Assembly (NCBI GenBank): GCA_964022095.1 | Contig: CAXHZO010000005.1 | Coordinates: forward strand, 32,001-96,000 | Source of the DNA: an uncultured Arcobacteraceae bacterium | GTDB taxonomy: Bacteria; Campylobacterota; Campylobacteria; Campylobacterales; Arcobacteraceae | Reading direction: 5' to 3' | DNA: 64,000 bases | Part shown: positions 59,268-64,000 of the stretch, one piece after another | How positions within the stretch are numbered: position 1 is the stretch's first letter | How the letters are laid out: every line of letters begins with the position of its first letter | The notes under the pieces: generated by a model | The model's database searches: none | The model's input: only the letters and a program-made list of their open reading frames with translations | What the model was told of the DNA's origin: nothing | Position numbers and translations under genes: made by a program

Positions 59268-60434
59268 ATGAAAAAAATTACAAAATTAAGTATGGCTGTA
59301 TGTTTACTACTTAGTAGTTCAGTTTTTGCTGATACTTTAGAAGAAGCATTTTCTAATTCAAAAGTAAAGGGTGAATTAAAAGCACAATACTTTGATAAGC
59401 AAAGTCCATTAGATGGTAAAAACGATAATATTTTTGTTATAGGTGGAAATATAAATATCGTAACGGGTTCTTTTTATGGATTAAATGCAGGAGTTACATT
59501 TCAAGCTTCACATGTAGTAGATAGATCTATTGAGGCAACAAATGATTTTGCTAACACAATGGATGCATCAGGTGCTGTAATGTCTGAATCATATTTAGCA
59601 TATACTTTAAATAATACAACATTAAAAGTTGGTAGACAGTATATTACAACTCCTTTAGTTGCAGGATCTGGGTCTAGAATGATTAAAGAGTCTTTTGAAG
59701 GTGTTACTTTAACAAATACAGATTTAGCTGATACAACTATAGTTGCTGCATATGCAAATAAGTTCCAAGGAAGAACAGATGGTGCTGAAAACCCAGGTGA
59801 GTTTGATAAGTATGAAGATGGAGCATATACTTTATATCTGAAAAACAACTCTATTGAAAACTTGACACTACAAGGTCAGTATTTAGATGTAGATGGAAGT
59901 ACTGCAAATACTGATAAAAATGCTTTATATATAGATGGTGTTTATGATGCTAGTATTGCAAAAGTTTCACTACAAGTAATTGATTCTACAAATGATAGTA
60001 ATGCTAAGTCTGATGGTAGATTATATGGGGCTAAAGTTAGTGGAAATATAGGAATGGTTAATTTAACAGGATTATATACAAGTACTACTGATGATGGTGA
60101 TGTATTTGTTGGTGCTGGAAATGGTGCTGATTCTGGTTATACAGCTTTACCAATTCATGGTGGAAGTGTAACATATAAAGCAAACACAGATACAATGGTT
60201 GCTGTTGCAGCTACACAATTAGCAGGGGCTACTGTTGTTGCGTATATAGGACAAGTAAAATCACCTGATAATAATAACTTAGGTGGTTCAGATAAGATTG
60301 ATGCTTATGGTGGATTTGTACAGTATGCATTTAATAAAAATTTCTCAACAAAAGTTATGTATGAAAACGCTTCATTTAGCGATACTTTAAAAGATTCAAA
60401 TGCTTTAAGAGTTTATACTTCATATAAATTTTAG
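59268..60434 (+). CDS. outer-membrane porin (Campylobacterota OprD/MOMP-like)
   Basis: Signal peptide, ADTLEEAF..SKVKGE, LKVGRQYI.TPL, C-terminal RVYTSYKF. Confidence 0.88.
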   Translation: MKKITKLSMAVCLLLSSSVFADTLEEAFSNSKVKGELKAQYFDKQSPLDGKNDNIFVIGGNINIVTGSFYGLNAGVTFQASHVVDRSIEATNDFANTMDASGAVMSESYLAYTLNNTTLKVGRQYITTPLVAGSGSRMIKESFEGVTLTNTDLADTTIVAAYANKFQGRTDGAENPGEFDKYEDGAYTLYLKNNSIENLTLQGQYLDVDGSTANTDKNALYIDGVYDASIAKVSLQVIDSTNDSNAKSDGRLYGAKVSGNIGMVNLTGLYTSTTDDGDVFVGAGNGADSGYTALPIHGGSVTYKANTDTMVAVAATQLAGATVVAYIGQVKSPDNNNLGGSDKIDAYGGFVQYAFNKNFSTKVMYENASFSDTLKDSNALRVYTSYKF

Positions 60435-60463
60435 TAATTTAGTATAGTATAAAAGCTGTTTTT

Positions 60464-60495
60464 AAGGGTTCAAGTATATACTTGAACCCTTTTTT
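60464..60495 (+). terminator. rho-independent terminator after porin
   Basis: AAGGGTTCAAGTATATACTTGAACCCTT perfect palindrome followed by T run. Confidence 0.85.
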
Positions 60496-60524
60496 AATTT
60501 AAATTTTTTTCAAAAGAAGTTATT

Positions 60525-61412
60525 ATGCAGTATTATATTTTATTAGTTTTAGCAGTACTTTTTTGGTCAGGTAACTTTATTGCCGGTAGATTTATTTCAA
60601 CTGATATTGAACCTATGGAGTTGTCTTTTTATAGATGGCTATTTGTTTTAGTATTATTATCTCCATTATTTATAATCTATTATAAAAATATTTTAAAAGT
60701 TTTAAAAAAGCAGTATTTGATCCTAATAGTTCTTGGTGCCTTAGGGGTTGCTTCTTTTAATACTTTTTTATATTATGGTTTACAAACAACAACGGCTACA
60801 AATGCACTTCTGATAAACTCTTCAACTCCAATTTTTATAATTGTATTTTCAGCAATTATATTAAAAGTATCAATAAGTAAAATTCAATTATTTGGAATTT
60901 TTTTATCAACATTTGGAGTGATATTTCTAATAATCAAAGGTGATTTAAATCATTTAGCAGACTTGACTTTTGAAAAAGGTGATTTATGGATTATAAGTTC
61001 TAGTATTGTTTGGGCATTATATTCTGTATTATTAAAATTTAAACCAAAAGAATTAGGTGGATTTGAATTTTTAATAGTAACAACTTTTATTGGGGTAGTA
61101 ATTTTATGTTTTGCTTTTTATGCTCAAGGATATAGCTTTTCATTACAGTTTGCATCAAATGAAAAACTATTATATGCAATGATCTATATAGTGATATTTC
61201 CTTCAATTTTATCATTTTATTTTTGGAATATATCAACACCACAAGTTGGAGCAAATAAAGCTGGGCAATTTGCACATATAATGCCAATTTCAGGTGCAAT
61301 TCTTGCTTATTTTATTTTAGACGAAAGAATGCATTTTTATCATTTTATTGGAATTATATTAATTTTTACTGGTATATATTTATCGATTTTTTATAAACGA
61401 AAAGTTTTTTAA
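60525..61412 (+). CDS. DMT/EamA-family transporter
   Basis: About 10 TMs, FWSGNF, GLQTTTATNA, GDLW, GANKAG.F. Confidence 0.9.
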   Translation: MQYYILLVLAVLFWSGNFIAGRFISTDIEPMELSFYRWLFVLVLLSPLFIIYYKNILKVLKKQYLILIVLGALGVASFNTFLYYGLQTTTATNALLINSSTPIFIIVFSAIILKVSISKIQLFGIFLSTFGVIFLIIKGDLNHLADLTFEKGDLWIISSSIVWALYSVLLKFKPKELGGFEFLIVTTFIGVVILCFAFYAQGYSFSLQFASNEKLLYAMIYIVIFPSILSFYFWNISTPQVGANKAGQFAHIMPISGAILAYFILDERMHFYHFIGIILIFTGIYLSIFYKRKVF

Positions 61413-61414
61413 TC

Positions 61415-62695
61415 ATGCAAGCAGTTTCAGGTTTATTAATTTTTTCATCTTTTTTAACAACATTGTATGCTTATTTTTTCAATAATGAATTATTACTTTT
61501 AGCAGGCGCTTTAGCTTGGAGTGCTTTTATAATTTTGTTTATGTCGTTAAAGAGTAAAAAACTATTGATAATACTGTTTATTTTAAGTTTGTCTGCTTTG
61601 TTTTTTTCATATGCAAATGCATATGAAATTAACTTTTATAAGCTTTTTACAGTTAATCAATATCTATTAACCCTTTTAATAGGAGTGGGCTTTTTAAGAC
61701 TTATTACAACACCAAAAAAAGAGAATATAAAAAAATCACCTATAGGAAGTAACTCTTTTATAAAAACATATTTGGGAGTTCATTTTTTTGGTTCAGTTAT
61801 AAATATGTCTTCTTTACTTTTAGTTGCAGATAAAATGTACAAAAAAGCTAAACTCACAGATGCACAGTTAGTTCTTTTAACAAGGGCTTTTGGTTCAGAT
61901 GCATATTGGTCTCCATTTTTTGTTGCCTTTGCAGCAGCTATGACCTACGCTCCAAATTTAGATACTCAAGTAATTATGGTAAATGGCTTTATATTATTTT
62001 TAATAGGTTTTGCAATTACATATTTTGAAGTAAAAAAAGATAATAAATTTGATTTAAAGAATTTTAGTGGGTATCCAATTTCACTTGATAGTTTGGTGTT
62101 ACCATTTACTCTTGCTTTTTTAGTTTTAATTACAAACTATTTTATAAAAGATTTAAAAGTTATTGTTTTAATAGCTTTATTTTCTATTATATTAGCATTA
62201 GTTGTATTACCTATAAAAAAAGGTATAAAACAATCATTTGAAATTTTTAAAAATCATATTTTTTATGAATTACCTAAAATGAAAGTTGAGATGTCGTTAT
62301 TTTTGATCGCAGGTATGTTTGGTATATCTATTAGTTCTATTCTTTTTGGCATAGGAGTTGAGCTGCCGTTTGAAAAGTTTGATTGGATAGTTGCTTCAAT
62401 ATTTTTAGCAATTTTTATTATCTTAGGTTTCATAGGAATTCATCCTATTATATCTATTGCTATTGTTGGTGAGTTTTTAAGTAGTGTAAATCATACTCTT
62501 TTTGCAGTTGCATTCTTAATGTCATGGGCAACTACTGTGTCAACATCTATTTTTAGTGGATTAAACTTAACAATTATTTCAAGATATAATTTAGACTCAA
62601 AAAGAGTATTTAAATTAAATATAATATATGCATTTAAAATGTATATTCTATCAGTTGTTTTTTTGTATTTCTTATCAAAATATTTAAATATCTAA
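61415..62695 (+). CDS. polytopic membrane protein, putative transporter
   Basis: About 12 hydrophobic segments, WSPFFVAFA, GIHPII. Confidence 0.75.
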   Translation: MQAVSGLLIFSSFLTTLYAYFFNNELLLLAGALAWSAFIILFMSLKSKKLLIILFILSLSALFFSYANAYEINFYKLFTVNQYLLTLLIGVGFLRLITTPKKENIKKSPIGSNSFIKTYLGVHFFGSVINMSSLLLVADKMYKKAKLTDAQLVLLTRAFGSDAYWSPFFVAFAAAMTYAPNLDTQVIMVNGFILFLIGFAITYFEVKKDNKFDLKNFSGYPISLDSLVLPFTLAFLVLITNYFIKDLKVIVLIALFSIILALVVLPIKKGIKQSFEIFKNHIFYELPKMKVEMSLFLIAGMFGISISSILFGIGVELPFEKFDWIVASIFLAIFIILGFIGIHPIISIAIVGEFLSSVNHTLFAVAFLMSWATTVSTSIFSGLNLTIISRYNLDSKRVFKLNIIYAFKMYILSVVFLYFLSKYLNI

Positions 62696-62737
62696 AAAAA
62701 TCATATTATTCTCATACATTTTAATTAGAATTACAGC

Positions 62738-62817
62738 AATAGGTAAGTGCATCTCGTTTTGTATCCTTTCTGCTTCCTAATTTTGAATAGAAACAAATGC
62801 ATTTACCTTTTATTTTA
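62738..62817 (+). ncRNA. candidate hairpin sRNA / structured leader
   Basis: -10 TAGAAT at 62726-62731; stem AGGTAAGTGCAT/ATGCATTTACCT with C/U-rich loop and following T-tract. Confidence 0.4.
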
Positions 62818-62865
62818 GTTATTAAATGTACAATACTTTTTAAAATTTCTATTAAGTGAACTTCT

Positions 62866-63792
62866 ATGAATCTATTTTTTATTTTACTGGGTAAAATTGC
62901 CCCTTTATATCTGAATATAGCTGCTGGCTACATTTTAACTAGATATTTAAAAGTCAAAAGAGACTATATTGCTTTTATTTTAATTTATATTTTAGGACCA
63001 ATAGTAATATTTTTTGCAACGCTATCTATTGAGATTAATTTACAATTAGTTTTTTTACCATTTTTTGTATTTGTCTTTGGTAGTGCAATTGCTTTTTATA
63101 TATTAAAGAGATATAAAAATGATTGGAATGATGCTAGTATTAATACTTTAGCATTTACTTGTGGTACAGGAAATACAGGCTATTTTGGTATTCCTTTAGC
63201 AATGATTTTATTAACGCCAGAAGCTGCAAATATCTTTATTTTCGCAACAATGGCTTCTTTATTATACGAAAATACTACAGGTTTTTATGTTACTGCAAAA
63301 GGAACTTTCACTGCACGACAATCAATAATAAAAGTAATAAAGCTGCCTTTATTATATGCTTTTATTGCAGGGGTAAGTCTAAATCTTTTAGGTTTTAGAA
63401 CTCCTGAGTTTATTGTTCCACATTTTGAAAACTTCAAATGGGCTTATGGAATACTTGGTATGATGATGTTAGGTATGGGAATGAAAGGCTTTAATCTAAG
63501 TGAAGATTTAGATAAAAAGTATTTAAAAGTAGCCTATTTTTATAAGTTTATTTTTTGGCCAGTAGCAATATTATTGATAATTTTTCTTGATAAGAACTTT
63601 ATTGGCTTTTTAAGTGAAGAAATTTATAAAGTACTGTTTTTATTTTCTGTAGTACCACTTGCTGGGAATACAGTAACTTTAGCAGTATTATTAAAAGCAA
63701 AACCTGAAAAGGCTTCTTTTACTGTTTTATTAAGTACATTAATTTCAGTAATTTATATACCAATAGTTCTTTTAATATATGGAGGATTTTAG
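62866..63792 (+). CDS. AEC (auxin efflux carrier) family transporter
   Basis: GNTGYFGIP, KLPLLYA, PLAGNT..LA, STLIS. Confidence 0.88.
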   Translation: MNLFFILLGKIAPLYLNIAAGYILTRYLKVKRDYIAFILIYILGPIVIFFATLSIEINLQLVFLPFFVFVFGSAIAFYILKRYKNDWNDASINTLAFTCGTGNTGYFGIPLAMILLTPEAANIFIFATMASLLYENTTGFYVTAKGTFTARQSIIKVIKLPLLYAFIAGVSLNLLGFRTPEFIVPHFENFKWAYGILGMMMLGMGMKGFNLSEDLDKKYLKVAYFYKFIFWPVAILLIIFLDKNFIGFLSEEIYKVLFLFSVVPLAGNTVTLAVLLKAKPEKASFTVLLSTLISVIYIPIVLLIYGGF

Positions 63793-63797
63793 AAGAA

Positions 63798-64000
63798 TTA
63801 ATCTTCTAAAACTCTTCTTGAAGTCCAGTATGCTTTTTTATAAAAAGGTTTATTAAGTTTTGTGAACTTTACACCTTTTATAGAAGCATGCATAAATCTA
63901 CCATCTCCCATATAAACACCAACATGTCTATCATATTTTCCTGTTTTAAAGAATACTAAATCACCAAGTTGTAATTGCGATTTATTAATACTTTGACCAC
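63798..64000 (-). CDS. NlpC/P60 (C40) peptidase, 3' part only
   Basis: Minus strand: LQLGDLVFFKTGKYDRHVGVYMGDGRFMHAS...YWTSRRVLED*. Confidence 0.88.
   Translation of the reverse strand, partial: GQSINKSQLQLGDLVFFKTGKYDRHVGVYMGDGRFMHASIKGVKFTKLNKPFYKKAYWTSRRVLED

Noticed and set aside
38700-62700. Mobile element (ICE, transposon, prophage) carrying the phenol island
   Set aside because: No integrase, transposase, terminal repeats or tRNA att duplication seen; island status rests on gene content only

Overview
AT-rich bacterial chromosome segment. Gene content, gene order and codon style point to Campylobacterota, family Arcobacteraceae (inferred, not searched). Bases 1-38.7 kb are mostly housekeeping genes: dxr, tsaD, thiG, a seven-gene tRNA cluster, truD, ctpA-purCSQ, argS, gap-pgk-tpiA-fabI, lysA-pheA-hisC-dxs, a di-haem peroxidase and maf. 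A small accessory patch follows the tRNAs (PLD-helicase, Cys-motif membrane protein with an ABC system, MazG-like protein). Bases ~38.8-60.5 kb form an aromatic-catabolic island: a complete multicomponent phenol hydroxylase (dmpKLMNOP) and catechol meta-cleavage pathway (dmpQB-C-EFGHI-D), plus two ketopantoate-reductase-like genes, an SDR-leuB pair, a deleted prephenate dehydratase, a luciferase-like monooxygenase and a porin. The most striking signal is regulatory. There is no DmpR/sigma54 system. Instead, a PAS/HisKA_2 kinase and a winged-helix response regulator lie divergent to dmpK, and five intergenic promoters in the island share the exact geometry GCGAT-N6-GCGAT-N10-TAnnnT. One of these points into an ORF-free, highly structured ~185-nt segment with an exposed anti-Shine-Dalgarno loop, a candidate co-regulated sRNA. 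All calls come from reading the sequence by eye; no database searches or folding were run.
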